Assembly: GCA_964505555.1 (NCBI GenBank)
Contig: CAZDIO010000026.1
Coordinates: 2,924 to 66,923, forward strand
Direction: 5' to 3'
Source: an uncultured Bdellovibrionales bacterium
GTDB taxonomy: Bacteria; Bdellovibrionota_C; UBA2361; SZUA-149; CAZDIO01
DNA: 64,000 nucleotides
The notes under the pieces were generated by a model, which searched no databases, was not told the origin of the DNA, and saw only the letters and a list, made by a program, of their open reading frames with translations. Below, in pieces: positions 18,299-28,845 of the stretch; within the stretch, counting starts at the first letter, position 1, and each line of letters opens with the position of its first letter. The position numbers were made by a program, and so were the translations under genes.

Positions 18299-18332
18299 AA
18301 TGGGTTCAGTAAACTACTTTACTGAACCCATT
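18299..18332. other. perfect 15-bp stem hairpin in an intergenic region
   Basis: AATGGGTTCAGTAAA-ctac-TTTACTGAACCCATT lies between two minus-strand genes. No U-tract follows on the minus strand, so a role as a terminator is uncertain. Confidence 0.35.
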
Positions 18333-18350
18333 TTCCCCCTGCAAAACAAC

Positions 18351-18818
18351 TCAATTCATCTTAACTCCAAACTGCGCGTCTAAAACCTTCAGTAATCCAA
18401 CAAGCTTCTTAAGATTTGCTTCGGTCGCAACTTGGTCGTTAGCATCCCCTGAAGAATCCAAGTCGTTTGCAAGTTTAGAGATACTTTTAACGGCCCCTGA
18501 AACCTGCGCCTTCTTGTCCTCGGAAGCCTTATCTTGAAGAGAGAGGGCAAGGTCACGAATCGAAAAAGCAAGACGATGAACATCGCTGAGCTGCTTCATG
18601 GTCACCGTCTCAACTAGTTTTGCCTCCTGCTCGTGAATCGCCTTAAGAATTTCCGGGGCGCTATCTGGAACTTTGGCCACAGAATCCTTCGAAGTACCCC
18701 CCTTCTCGTGCGCATCGTGTCCTCCATGCCCATCTTCTGCAAAGGCATGAGCCGCCACGCAGAGCGGAAGAAGAACGACGGTGATTTTTAGTAGGGTAAG
18801 TAAAGATTTTGATTTCAT
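18351..18818 (-). CDS. secreted helical protein with His-rich N-terminus, unknown function
   Basis: Signal peptide 'LLPLCVAAHAFA' followed by 'EDGHGGHDAHEKGG'. It lies downstream of the RND operon. Confidence 0.4.
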   Translation of the reverse strand: MKSKSLLTLLKITVVLLPLCVAAHAFAEDGHGGHDAHEKGGTSKDSVAKVPDSAPEILKAIHEQEAKLVETVTMKQLSDVHRLAFSIRDLALSLQDKASEDKKAQVSGAVKSISKLANDLDSSGDANDQVATEANLKKLVGLLKVLDAQFGVKMN

Positions 18819-18925
18819 AAGTCTCCTTTATAGGTTTCCTCTAAATATTTGCGTAAAGTAACTTCTCGCCCACAAACATCTATTTTATGGTGGAGAGGGG
18901 GAAGATACCCCCCGATAAGTCTCTT

Positions 18926-21900
18926 TCATAAAGCCTCCTGAACAACATCTGAAACCGGTTGTGCCTCATCAAGAGGGTCAGTATGTTCGCGCGCGATATA
19001 TTTTTCTGCTGCCTTTTTTCCAAACTGATAGAACACTGCCGGAGTGACTGCCATATCAAGAATCGTTGAACTCAAAAGTCCACCAAGAATCACCACCGCT
19101 ACCGGATAGAGAATTTCCTTTCCTGGCTCACCTGCGGCAAGAACAAGAGGAATGAGTGCAAGTCCAGCAGTGAGCGCGGTCATTGTCACCGGGACTAGTC
19201 GCTCAAGGGAGCCACGGATAATCATCTTCTCATCAAACTTCTCCCCCTCATGAGCCATGAGGTGAATGTAGTGCGAAACCATCATAATCGTGTTTCTCGA
19301 TGCAATACCGGCAAGAGTGATAAGACCGACAAGAGTTGCAATCGAGACCTTTCCGACCATGAAGTAGGTCAGGGCAAGACCTCCGATGAACGCAAGTGGA
19401 ATGTTAAGAAGGATTTGAGCAACAATCATTGTCGAGCGAAAATGCGAATAGAGAACGAGAAACATCGTGGCAAGCGTCACCAGTGAGAGAATACCAATAA
19501 GCCGGGTTGCCTCTTGTTGACTTTGAAACTGCCCCTCGTAGCTAATGAAGAAACCAGTGGAAAGATGAACTTTCTCTTGAATTTTCTTTTGTATCTCCCC
19601 TACCACTGAACCAAGGTCACGCCCGGAGACGTTTGCTTGTACCACTATTCTTCTCTGCACGTTTTCTCGGTTAATAATATTCGGCCCCTTGCTTTCTAAA
19701 ACATTGGCAAGGAGTGTGACGGGAACTTTTTGGCCACCATCGGTGTCAACCAGGAGTTCGCGAATAAGAGAAACATCTGCTCTCGATTTTTCGTCGTAAC
19801 GAACAATCAAATCATATGTCCTTTGGCCATCAAGGACTTGGGAAACTGTGCGGCCATTAAGAGCTGTTTCCAAAAGTTCGTTGAGTTCACCGACCCTTAC
19901 TCCGTAGAGTCGTGCCTTATCCCGGTCGGCTTGAATTCTTACCTGCGGCATGAGGACTTGCTTTTCAACCTGCAAATCGACAATTCCATCGATGGTCTTC
20001 ATCACGCCTTCGACCTGATCGGCAGCACTTCGAAGCTCATCTAAATGTTCGCCGAAAATTTTAACGGCGATTTGAGCACGAACTCCTGAGAGGAGATGAT
20101 CCAAGCGGTGAGAAATGGGCTGTCCCACACTGATGACCGTGCCAGGAATCTGTTCGAGCTTGCCTCGGACATCGCTTAAAATCTCTTCTCGTTCTCTCCC
20201 TGTCTTTTTATAATCAACATCAATTTCTGTGTAGTGCACCCCTTCTGCGTGCTCATCTAACTCAGCTCGCCCAGTGCGGCGGCCAGTTGAAATTACTTCG
20301 GGAACACTCAAAAGAAGTTTTTCCGCAATTTTTCCAATGCGGTTTGATTGGGTTAATGAGGTTCCTGGAGCCGAGAGAATATTGATAGTGGCAGTCCCTT
20401 CATTAAACTCAGGAAGAAACTCTTTGCCCATCAAGGGGTAGGTCGCAAACGAGAGAAGAACGAGGACAATGGCAAAGGTCATTACACGGTAAGGATGGCG
20501 GAGCGTGAAATGAAGAATAACGCGGCGGTCGAAATCTTTTAGATGTCTTACAAGAAAGCCGTCTTGCTCATGTTCCATGCGCTTCATTTTGGGGAGGAGG
20601 TAAGAGCAGAGAGCAGGAATTACCGTAAGAGATACGACAAAAGATGCAATCATTGCTACTATTGTGGACACACCAATCGGAGCAAAAAGTCTTCCTTCAA
20701 TGCCGCCCAAACCAAAGAGAGGAATAAATACAAGGATGATCAGAAGCGTTGCAAAGAGAATTGAGCTTCTTACTTCCGTCGAAGCATCGGCGATGACTCG
20801 AAGTGGTGCCCTTGGATTTTTTGCGTGACGATTCTCTCGAAGTCTACGAAACACATTTTCGACGTCGACAATTGCATCATCAACCACCATTCCTATCGCG
20901 ACAGCAAGCCCACCCAAGGTCATGGTATTGATTGAGATGCCTGCGTATTTAAAATAAAGAATCGTTACAACAAAGGAGAGAGGAATTGCGGTAAGAGTAA
21001 TAAAGGTCGTTCTGAAATTAAGAAGAAATAAGAACAGCACAATGATCACCATAATAGCACCATCGCGAATGGCCTCTTCTACATTCGTGATCGCGGCGTC
21101 AATAAAATTTGCTTGCTTAAAGAGAGAACTGAGTTTTACGTCAGGTGGAAGCCCTAGCTTAATCTCCTCAAGAGCCTTCTCCACCTTGGCAGTCAGCGTA
21201 ATGGTATCCGTCCCTGGCTGTTTCTGGACGGACATTATTACCGCGGGCTCGCCGTTGACTCCGGCATCACCTCGCATTGCCTGTTTTCCCAAGCGAACTT
21301 CCGAAACGTCCTTAAGGAGAATAGGAATTCCGTTTCTCGTGGTGACGACAGTGCTGGCGACATCCTCGATACGAGTCGTCCGCCCAATGTTTCTTATTAG
21401 TGCTTCCTGATTTGCTCCTTCAAGAAATCCACCTGCCGTATTGGTCTGAGATTTTTCAGACGCTGCAAGCACTTCTTCGAGAGTCACTCCAAATGCAGCC
21501 ATCTTTTCAGGTGAGGCAAACACTTGATACTGCTTTACCCCTCCGCCAATGGGGATTACTTGTGAGACTCCTGGAATCGTAAGTAGGCGCTGGCGGATAG
21601 TCCAATCTGCTAAGCTCCGCAGATCCATCGGGGCGGTTTTTCCACCTTCGCTTGAGATGCCGATGAGCATGATTTCTCCCATGATTGAAGAGATGGGACC
21701 CATTACGGGACTTACGCCGGAGGGGAGCTTTTCTGCAGCAAGCTGTAGGCGTTCTTGGACAAGTTGTCTTGCGCGGTAAATATCCATTCCCCAATCGAAC
21801 TCAACATAAAGAATTGAAAGCCCAATTCCTGAACTCGAACGCACTCGCTTTACTCCCGGTGCGCCGTTTAGCGAGGTCTCAAGCGGCCAGGTGACGAGAG

Positions 21901-22087
21901 TCTCAACTTCCTCGGGAGCAAGTCCCGGGGATTCAGTAAGAACATTTACTGTGGGGCGGTTTAGGTCAGGAAAAACATCGACGGGAAAATCAGAGATAAT
22001 GAAGATACCGTAGCTCAGAAGCAGGACACTTGCGGCAATTACAAAGAGGCGGTTTCGCAGCGAAAATTCAATTAAACGAGTAAGCAT
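18926..22087 (-). CDS. heavy-metal efflux RND transporter, CusA/CzcA family
   Basis: 1053 aa with the 12-TM RND architecture. 'FPDLNRPTV', 'VVDDAIVDVEN' and conserved Met-rich periplasmic segments are present. Confidence 0.9.
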   Translation of the reverse strand: MLTRLIEFSLRNRLFVIAASVLLLSYGIFIISDFPVDVFPDLNRPTVNVLTESPGLAPEEVETLVTWPLETSLNGAPGVKRVRSSSGIGLSILYVEFDWGMDIYRARQLVQERLQLAAEKLPSGVSPVMGPISSIMGEIMLIGISSEGGKTAPMDLRSLADWTIRQRLLTIPGVSQVIPIGGGVKQYQVFASPEKMAAFGVTLEEVLAASEKSQTNTAGGFLEGANQEALIRNIGRTTRIEDVASTVVTTRNGIPILLKDVSEVRLGKQAMRGDAGVNGEPAVIMSVQKQPGTDTITLTAKVEKALEEIKLGLPPDVKLSSLFKQANFIDAAITNVEEAIRDGAIMVIIVLFLFLLNFRTTFITLTAIPLSFVVTILYFKYAGISINTMTLGGLAVAIGMVVDDAIVDVENVFRRLRENRHAKNPRAPLRVIADASTEVRSSILFATLLIILVFIPLFGLGGIEGRLFAPIGVSTIVAMIASFVVSLTVIPALCSYLLPKMKRMEHEQDGFLVRHLKDFDRRVILHFTLRHPYRVMTFAIVLVLLSFATYPLMGKEFLPEFNEGTATINILSAPGTSLTQSNRIGKIAEKLLLSVPEVISTGRRTGRAELDEHAEGVHYTEIDVDYKKTGREREEILSDVRGKLEQIPGTVISVGQPISHRLDHLLSGVRAQIAVKIFGEHLDELRSAADQVEGVMKTIDGIVDLQVEKQVLMPQVRIQADRDKARLYGVRVGELNELLETALNGRTVSQVLDGQRTYDLIVRYDEKSRADVSLIRELLVDTDGGQKVPVTLLANVLESKGPNIINRENVQRRIVVQANVSGRDLGSVVGEIQKKIQEKVHLSTGFFISYEGQFQSQQEATRLIGILSLVTLATMFLVLYSHFRSTMIVAQILLNIPLAFIGGLALTYFMVGKVSIATLVGLITLAGIASRNTIMMVSHYIHLMAHEGEKFDEKMIIRGSLERLVPVTMTALTAGLALIPLVLAAGEPGKEILYPVAVVILGGLLSSTILDMAVTPAVFYQFGKKAAEKYIAREHTDPLDEAQPVSDVVQEAL

Positions 22088-22100
22088 AACCTAATCCCAG

Positions 22101-23189
22101 TTACCTTGTTTGTTGTCTGCTCTTTTGCCACAGGAGAAGTAAATTAAGAGCAAGGAGAATAACGATTGCTATTCCAACCCAAGTTAGAGTCGAAGTCCCT
22201 TCCGCTTTTTGTTCCGCGTGCGTAGCAGAGGATGCATCTTTTTTAGGTGGTGCTTTGGTTGTTACATACTGAAGCTGGTAGTTTCCAAGGGTAACTACCT
22301 TATCGCTTGGATAGACTCCCTCGATGATTTCGATGTAGCGGTCATCCTTCATGCCGGTTACAACTGAACGTCTCTCAAAGACTAATTCATTTGCTTCAGA
22401 TTGAACGAAGATAAAGTAATTTCCAGCCTCGCCGAGCACTGCGCTGTGGGGCACTGCAACCACGGAGTCGGCTTCTGCCGTTACCAGATTCAGAGTCGCT
22501 CGCATATTCGGACGAAGCTTTCCATCTGGATTTTTTACGCGCAGCCAAACTTTGAGCGTCCGGCTTTCCAGATCCAAGGACCCACTCATGAACTCAAGCG
22601 TCCCGGAAAACGTTTCGTTAGGATAGGATTCGACAATGATCCGAGCCTTTTGCCCGATGTGCACCAAAGGTACTTGTCCTTCGTATATTCGGCCTTCGGC
22701 GTATATTTCAGAAAGGTCTACTACCTCCATCAGGTGCTTATCAGGCTCTACCGTATCGCCTAAGATTGTATGCACATCGACGATCACTCCGTTAATGGGG
22801 GCACTGTATTGAACACGCGGCGGCGGATCTCCTACCTGCCGGCTTTCTACCTGAATAAGTGCCTGGCCCTTGTTCACCGTCTGTCCGTCCGTGACGTAGA
22901 CAGCACTCACACGTCCCGAAATCCTACTTGAGACGGCAGCCGACTTGTTTGGAATAGGTTCAATCTGGCCGATCACGGTGAGAGTTTTTTCAAGTGTGCG
23001 AATTTCTGCTTCCTCAACTGTAAGTTCTAGATTCTTTTTTGCTTCGGCGGTGATAATGATTGGACCTCCTGTCCCGGTGTCAGCGTCTTCCCCTGGTGCT
23101 TTGTCATGCCCAGCGTGAGCCAAAACTTCTGAACTGATAGAGAGATTTCCGAAAAGGATAAGTGCTATAAGTGTATATTTGGTTTTCAT
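22101..23189 (-). CDS. RND efflux periplasmic adaptor (MFP; CusB/CzcB-like)
   Basis: Signal peptide and a His/Asp-rich N-terminus. 'GQALIQVES', barrel-sandwich and beta-barrel signature regions are present. An unusual C-terminal TM segment is 'WVGIAIVILLALNLLLLW'. Confidence 0.85.
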   Translation of the reverse strand: MKTKYTLIALILFGNLSISSEVLAHAGHDKAPGEDADTGTGGPIIITAEAKKNLELTVEEAEIRTLEKTLTVIGQIEPIPNKSAAVSSRISGRVSAVYVTDGQTVNKGQALIQVESRQVGDPPPRVQYSAPINGVIVDVHTILGDTVEPDKHLMEVVDLSEIYAEGRIYEGQVPLVHIGQKARIIVESYPNETFSGTLEFMSGSLDLESRTLKVWLRVKNPDGKLRPNMRATLNLVTAEADSVVAVPHSAVLGEAGNYFIFVQSEANELVFERRSVVTGMKDDRYIEIIEGVYPSDKVVTLGNYQLQYVTTKAPPKKDASSATHAEQKAEGTSTLTWVGIAIVILLALNLLLLWQKSRQQTR

Positions 23190-23192
23190 ATC

Positions 23193-24491
23193 TTATTTCC
23201 TTGGTAAACCTTGCTCTTTCGTTTTAATGAAAGGACTAGATGCCGTAGCAGTTTCAAATCGAGTGCGCGCGGAAACGAATTGACCCACAACATCAGCATA
23301 CGTCCTTCTAATTTCCGATAGCTGCTGCTGGGCTTGAATAACAGAACTCACCCCCACAAGACCTGTGGTGTAACTCTCGTGAAGAAGCTTGACGTTTTCC
23401 TCCGCAAGCGGAATTGATTCCTCCCGGTATTGAGAAAGAATGGGAGCAAGACGGTGAAGTTCCGTCTCAGCCGATTCCACTTCGCCCCTAATGCGGAGTT
23501 CAAGGGCAGCAAGTTCTTTCCTGGCCCTGCTTTGGGTTGCGCTTACCTCGGCAATTCGTCCTTGGTTTTGGTTCCAGAGAGGCAGTGGAATATCAATTGT
23601 AACTCCCAAGAATTCATCTTTTTTCGTATCAATGACTGAATCGAAAACCTGCTTCTCACGACTGTATCCAAGCCCAATCGTCCAATCTTCAAAGCGCTCC
23701 GCACGCGCGAGTCTCAGTTCTGATGAGGCACGGTCTATCTGCAACGCCTGAAGCTGGTAATCCGGCCGTTTCTTCACGGCCTCACGACTTGCTTCAGAAA
23801 GCGCTCCGAGTGCGAGGTTCGTATTTACTTCTCCATCTATCTCAAGCGCACCGTTCGGTTCTCGTCCAAGTAGTTGATTAAGCGTTACGGTTGTTGTCTT
23901 CTTTTCAATAAGTAGCGAGGAGCGTTCGAGTGAAAGTTTTTGAAGTTCTATTTTTTCAAGATTTAGGTCTGCCTGCGATACCTCTGCCAATTTAAGGCGC
24001 TTTTCAGAAACACTCACCAGTTTCTTCAGCGGTTCTTCTATTTTATTGAGGGCATCAAGCTTCTCCTGAAGAACACCAAGTTTTCGCAACTCCCCTACTA
24101 CGTCGCCTATAAGGAGCCTCTCTTGATTTCTTACTTCTGCAAGTGCTTGTGCTACATCAACTCGTGCCACCGCTTTCGCATCTGAAAGTCTCCCACTGAT
24201 TGGAAACGGCTGCTTAAAACCGGCTGAAGCTGAGGATTCTCCTTCATTGTTGAAGGCGGAGTCGGAATCATGAGTAAGCTCGAGTTCAGGATTTGGCCAA
24301 AGACCAGCTTGTCTTAAGCGCCCTTCTGCTTGGTCAATCGCGAAACGCGCAGCTTGCAAATCTCGATTCTGCTGAAGAGCTTCCGAAACTGCCCCCTTAA
24401 GGGTGAGAACCTCGACACGTGAATCGGCTATGGCCGACATCGGGCTATTGAAGAGGGAGAGAAATATTACGAACAGTTTAAAAAATCGCAT
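23193..24491 (-). CDS. TolC-family outer-membrane efflux protein (CusC/CzcC-like)
   Basis: 432 aa with a signal peptide and two repeated alpha-helical/beta-barrel halves. It is the first gene of the tripartite operon. Confidence 0.8.
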   Translation of the reverse strand: MRFFKLFVIFLSLFNSPMSAIADSRVEVLTLKGAVSEALQQNRDLQAARFAIDQAEGRLRQAGLWPNPELELTHDSDSAFNNEGESSASAGFKQPFPISGRLSDAKAVARVDVAQALAEVRNQERLLIGDVVGELRKLGVLQEKLDALNKIEEPLKKLVSVSEKRLKLAEVSQADLNLEKIELQKLSLERSSLLIEKKTTTVTLNQLLGREPNGALEIDGEVNTNLALGALSEASREAVKKRPDYQLQALQIDRASSELRLARAERFEDWTIGLGYSREKQVFDSVIDTKKDEFLGVTIDIPLPLWNQNQGRIAEVSATQSRARKELAALELRIRGEVESAETELHRLAPILSQYREESIPLAEENVKLLHESYTTGLVGVSSVIQAQQQLSEIRRTYADVVGQFVSARTRFETATASSPFIKTKEQGLPRK

Positions 24492-24601
24492 AAACAGTTC
24501 TCAAAGCTTTTCACGAAATAACATTTAGCTGAGGTTTGCTCTGTAGAAACTCGGCCTACAAAGCATCCGATACGACGAAGTTGATATGAGGTAGTCGTCG
24601 C

Positions 24602-25027
24602 TTATGAAAGAAGAAAAGAAGGTGGCGCATTAGGCGCGAGGATGAGGGAGTCTATGAAGTACTTGGCTTCAACTCTTGGTGGCCCTGTTCCTCCAAAGGA
24701 AACCGTGGCAAGAGTTACAGAAGGAAAACTTAATAACGTTGTTGACGGCAGTGAAACCATGAAAAAAGCAAAGGAAGTATTTGTCGCGACTTTCACTGCC
24801 GAAGGTGCAGCAATCAATTGAAACGATTTACAACAATTCCCCTCATCATCACCTGTGTTCTTTCCATGGTCATGGCTGTGTGAATCGTCGTGGCTTGACT
24901 GGGCATTGGCCACATGATCGTGATGACCGGGTGAGAAATAGTCTTCAATGAAACAGCGCTGACTGGCCACTAAAAAAGCGAGAACAAGAAAGGCCCTAGT
25001 TATCAGTAAGACTTTGTTTTTAATCAT
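24602..25027 (-). CDS. secreted His-rich protein (possible metal-binding, CzcI-like position)
   Basis: Signal/anchor 'LITRAFLVLAFLVA', then 'HHDHVANAQSSHDDSHSHDH' and 'NCCK'. It lies between the ECF pair and the RND operon. Confidence 0.35.
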   Translation of the reverse strand: MIKNKVLLITRAFLVLAFLVASQRCFIEDYFSPGHHDHVANAQSSHDDSHSHDHGKNTGDDEGNCCKSFQLIAAPSAVKVATNTSFAFFMVSLPSTTLLSFPSVTLATVSFGGTGPPRVEAKYFIDSLILAPNAPPSFLLS

Positions 25028-25112
25028 AAAACTATTAGGGGCACCGTATCACTCTGGATTAGCTTTGAGATGTATTCTTTTTTTGGTTCAATTCCCCTTC
25101 TCATCATTTCTC

Positions 25113-25655
25113 TTAATTAATCGATGCCAGTCCCGGCTGAGCGAATTTAACCCGATATGAGACTTCGAGAGTAAGTAAACCCCCGACAACCGCCCCAAGA
25201 AGCCAAAATAAAGCAACGGCGAGGAAAACTTCAGCACCTGCACAAATAAATCCACTTAACGTCAATCCTGATAAGACAGCGAGCTGAAGAAATCTTGTTT
25301 TTCGTAACACTCTAAGCTCCTCGGGACGAAGCAGAAAAAAGGATAAGATAATTCCAAAACTAATGAAAATCGCGCCGCAGGCAATACTGCACACGTGTGG
25401 CCCGAACCGCATGAAGGAACGCATCAGCCAAAAGCTATTCCCAAATCCAAACTGAGGACAAACTGCCAAGCTCAAAATGCCACTTATCGTGGTAATACCG
25501 AGAAGCTTGAGAAAGACTGCCCAGGCATGAGGGTTGAGTTCGTTTGAAACAGCTTCAAATACTTTGTTCGATATGCTCTTCGGAGGTTCCAACGTAGGCG
25601 CGTCCAAGAATTCTCGAAATTCTTTTTCCCAATCATTAGGAGAAATCTCTTTCAT
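25113..25655 (-). CDS. multi-pass membrane anti-sigma factor (NrsF/DUF1109-like)
   Basis: ATGA overlap with the ECF sigma stop. A cytoplasmic N-terminal segment is followed by about 5-6 TM helices. Confidence 0.45.
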   Translation of the reverse strand: MKEISPNDWEKEFREFLDAPTLEPPKSISNKVFEAVSNELNPHAWAVFLKLLGITTISGILSLAVCPQFGFGNSFWLMRSFMRFGPHVCSIACGAIFISFGIILSFFLLRPEELRVLRKTRFLQLAVLSGLTLSGFICAGAEVFLAVALFWLLGAVVGGLLTLEVSYRVKFAQPGLASIN

Positions 25656-26191
25656 TGGTCTGACTTCCAAAATGCTCTGAGTTTTTGAATTGCTCTACTT
25701 GAGATTTTGCGTGCACTTGAAGACTGAATATTGAGATGCGTTGCGACCTCTTCAAACGAATAGCCCTGAAGATGATGTAACTCAAGAACGCTGCCTTCTT
25801 TTGCTGAGAGAGCTTTTAAACCCTCGGCTAATTCCCGTCGCTGCATACCGCCATCGTGTGTCATATCGTCTGCCTCTCCCAGAGGTTCTTCTCGATTCTT
25901 GCTAGTCCGTCGTAAGTAGTCGACCATTGCGTTTCGAGAGATCGTAAAGAGCCAAGGTAAGAAGGGAAAAGAGCTGTCATACTTGGAACGAAATTTGTGA
26001 AGTCTAAGAAAGCATTCCTGAAAAACATCATCGACTTGACTCTTCGAATACAACTTCTTCGAAAGATAGCCATACACCTTATCTCTATGCCGCCCGTAGA
26101 GCACCTGAAACGCTTCCTCGTTTCCGAGCTTATACTCAACCATAAGCTCTTCATCTGAGAGTTTCGAAAGTGTCCTAACTCTGTCTTTCAT
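25652..26191 (-). CDS. ECF (sigma-70 family group 4) RNA polymerase sigma factor
   Basis: Region 2 'DVFQECFLRLHKF...PWLFTISRNAMVDYLR'. Region 4 'LHHLQGYSFEEVATHLNIQSSSARKISSRAIQKLR'. Confidence 0.85.
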   Translation of the reverse strand: MKDRVRTLSKLSDEELMVEYKLGNEEAFQVLYGRHRDKVYGYLSKKLYSKSQVDDVFQECFLRLHKFRSKYDSSFPFLPWLFTISRNAMVDYLRRTSKNREEPLGEADDMTHDGGMQRRELAEGLKALSAKEGSVLELHHLQGYSFEEVATHLNIQSSSARKISSRAIQKLRAFWKSDQ

Positions 26192-26311
26192 AGATTAATA
26201 CGTTCAGTTCATCTCTTTTGTGACATCGGCGTTGTTCATATCGTCACATTTTTCCTTCCGAGTGCGTATTACTTCTAGAGAATAGACTCTCCTGGCTACG
26301 AGTTTCATCAG

Positions 26312-27622
26312 ATGAGCTATAAAGTACCACTCTTAATCAGTTTTATCATTATTTTTAATTACTTACCGGCTATCGCCGAGGTGGGTTCGTTTGAACGTGA
26401 AAAGACCGCTCAAACAGTTCTGACCCTAGAAGATGCAATAAAAGAGGCTACCGCGAACAATCCGTTGCTCAGTGCTTTTCGCGAAGAATCCGTAGGTCGT
26501 AAAGCGAACATCGAGCCACAAGCAGCCCTTGAAGACCCGGGCATTAATCTTGAACTTGAAGACTATCCGGCGTCGAACTTCAGTCCACGAACTCAAAGTT
26601 CAGGAAACAAGATTTCCGTGCGCCAAAAATTACCGTTTCCAGGAAAACGGTCGGCGCTTCGAGAAGCGGCAACGGAGGAATATCTTTCTAGTGAAAACGA
26701 TCTCGAAAGTAAGCGTCTTGAGGTAATAGCCAACCTAAAGAAAACCTATTTTGAATTGTCTTTTGCCTTTGCTTCTATTGAGGTAATCAAGGAGCAACTC
26801 AAGCTAGTAAGAAGCACTCTTGAGCTTTCTCGCAGCAATTTTTCGCTAGGCAAGGCCCCACAATCCGACGTCCTTACGCTTCAAGTGGAGGAAGCAACAT
26901 TTCTTGATAAGCAAGTCCAAATTAAACGACAAATTGACACTCTTGGAGCAGAATTAAATCACCTTTTAGGAAGAAGTAGCAACGAGAGTTGGATACCAGA
27001 GCCTATCATGCATGAACGTAAGCTTCCGCCCTTAGCTCCAGAGGAAAATCTTATTGAGCAAGCTCTTTTGGCCAATCCTGGTCTCAAATCCTTTAAAGCT
27101 CAAGCAAACGCCGCAAAAGCTAAGGAAAAATACTCAAGACTTAATCTCTACCCCGATCTGGATTTAATGGCTGGCTACACCATCCGTCACTCCAATGATT
27201 TCGATAACGGTGGCGATGAAGTTTCAGCAGGAGTCGGAGTAACTATTCCGCTTTGGCGAAGCATGAAACAAGATCAGTTAATCGAAAAAGCTTCTGCTGA
27301 CAAAAGAAAGAGTGAAGCTCACTTTACCGAGACAAAAAACGAAATCATCCATGGATTGCATCAAGTCCTTGCTGAAATAAGGGAAAGTGAAGCGCGCCGA
27401 TCACTTGCAAAAAACGCACTTCTTCCTTTAACGCATGCCGCAATTGTTTCGGCAGAGAAGGCGTACGAGGTTGGAAGCGTGCAACTGACTTCAGTGCTAA
27501 ATCTCATCCGTAGTCGCTATGAAGCTCAACTGAACTATCAACAAGCTCTTACTCAGCACGAAATAAAGATTGCCGAGCTAGAAAAGCTTCTCGGGGGCTC
27601 ACTTGAATTGAGTGGGGAATAA
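26312..27622 (+). CDS. TolC-family outer-membrane efflux protein (second system)
   Basis: 436 aa with a signal peptide and the duplicated OEP repeat pattern. It is followed by MFP and RND genes with 2-3 nt gaps. Confidence 0.8.
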   Translation: MSYKVPLLISFIIIFNYLPAIAEVGSFEREKTAQTVLTLEDAIKEATANNPLLSAFREESVGRKANIEPQAALEDPGINLELEDYPASNFSPRTQSSGNKISVRQKLPFPGKRSALREAATEEYLSSENDLESKRLEVIANLKKTYFELSFAFASIEVIKEQLKLVRSTLELSRSNFSLGKAPQSDVLTLQVEEATFLDKQVQIKRQIDTLGAELNHLLGRSSNESWIPEPIMHERKLPPLAPEENLIEQALLANPGLKSFKAQANAAKAKEKYSRLNLYPDLDLMAGYTIRHSNDFDNGGDEVSAGVGVTIPLWRSMKQDQLIEKASADKRKSEAHFTETKNEIIHGLHQVLAEIRESEARRSLAKNALLPLTHAAIVSAEKAYEVGSVQLTSVLNLIRSRYEAQLNYQQALTQHEIKIAELEKLLGGSLELSGE

Positions 27623-27624
27623 TT

Positions 27625-28842
27625 ATGAAAAAGTTTTCACTCGTGAAGGCGCTCATTATAGTCCTTGGCATTTCACTGCTTGGACACTATTTCATACTTC
27701 TTAGACGAGACCTCTCCTCATTTACGAAAGACCGTCAGCAAACTGCAAAGGCTGCGCACTACTACTGTCCCATGCATCCATCAGTCACTTCTGACCGTCC
27801 AGACAACTGTCCTGTTTGTGGAATGTCTCTACAAGTCGAAGATCAACCTCGCGCCGGTACAAAGCCAACAAAAGTGCGCACAATCCTCTCTTACAGACAT
27901 CCGATGGGGAAAAATGTCACATCACCCGTTCCCATGAAAGATGAAATGGGAATGGATTTTATTCCGGTCTATGAAGACGAAGCTGAGGATAACCAAACAC
28001 CTACCCTGGAGGGCCGAATACCCGTACTCTTATCCGAAGCAAATCAACAGCTCATCGGGGTGAAGAAAGCAAAAGTTGAAAAGGAAACAGTAAATTATGA
28101 AATTAAAGCTTCCGGAAGAGTCGCCTTCGACCCGGATCTCTACTCAGCGATTGCAGAGTATAGAGTGGCAAGAGAGACTGCAAGGCTTACGCAAAACACA
28201 TCCGAGACGGTTAAAGAAAGCTCGGAGGCCCTCGTTTCGTCATCGAGACTCAAGCTTGAACTGATGGGATTCACAGATGAGCAAGTTACATCCCTTGAGG
28301 GCAACAAGTTTGATGCAAAGAGCCTACTTCTTCCAGAAGGCAAGGTGTGGGTATATGCCGATGTCTATGAATATGAGCTTCCTTACTTGAAGATGGGGCA
28401 GATAGTCTCTGCTGAATCTCCCCTATTCCCAACACAAAAGTTTGAAGGACAAGTGGTAAGCATTAGCCCGATTATTACTGCTGCCACTCGAACAGTTAAC
28501 GTCAAGGCGGAAGTTTCAGACCCATCTCGCCTTCTGAAACCGAATATGTTTCTTACGGTCAGAATTCAAGCTTCGCTTGGTGAGCAGCTCGTCGTACCAG
28601 AAGACTCCGTCATTCACACGGGAGATATAAACCTCGTATTTCGAATTGATCAATCAGGCCGCTTTGAACCGACGAAGGTTGAACTGGGAACGAAGAGTAA
28701 AGGAAAATTTATTATTTCCTCTGGACTATCAGCAGGTGACACAGTTGCATCCGCTGCTAACTTTTTAATCGATTCAGAATCAAGACTGCGAGCCGTCGTG
28801 CAAAACGCTCTTTCCTCTCAATCTAACTCGAAGGAGCAGTAA
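27625..28842 (+). CDS. RND periplasmic adaptor (CusB-like) with N-terminal CPMHP...CPxCGM metal-binding module
   Basis: 'YYCPMHPSVTSDRPDNCPVCGM', 'MGMDFIP', then the MFP core ('VWVYADVYEYELPYLKMGQ'). Confidence 0.85.
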   Translation: MKKFSLVKALIIVLGISLLGHYFILLRRDLSSFTKDRQQTAKAAHYYCPMHPSVTSDRPDNCPVCGMSLQVEDQPRAGTKPTKVRTILSYRHPMGKNVTSPVPMKDEMGMDFIPVYEDEAEDNQTPTLEGRIPVLLSEANQQLIGVKKAKVEKETVNYEIKASGRVAFDPDLYSAIAEYRVARETARLTQNTSETVKESSEALVSSSRLKLELMGFTDEQVTSLEGNKFDAKSLLLPEGKVWVYADVYEYELPYLKMGQIVSAESPLFPTQKFEGQVVSISPIITAATRTVNVKAEVSDPSRLLKPNMFLTVRIQASLGEQLVVPEDSVIHTGDINLVFRIDQSGRFEPTKVELGTKSKGKFIISSGLSAGDTVASAANFLIDSESRLRAVVQNALSSQSNSKEQ

Positions 28843-28845
28843 TCG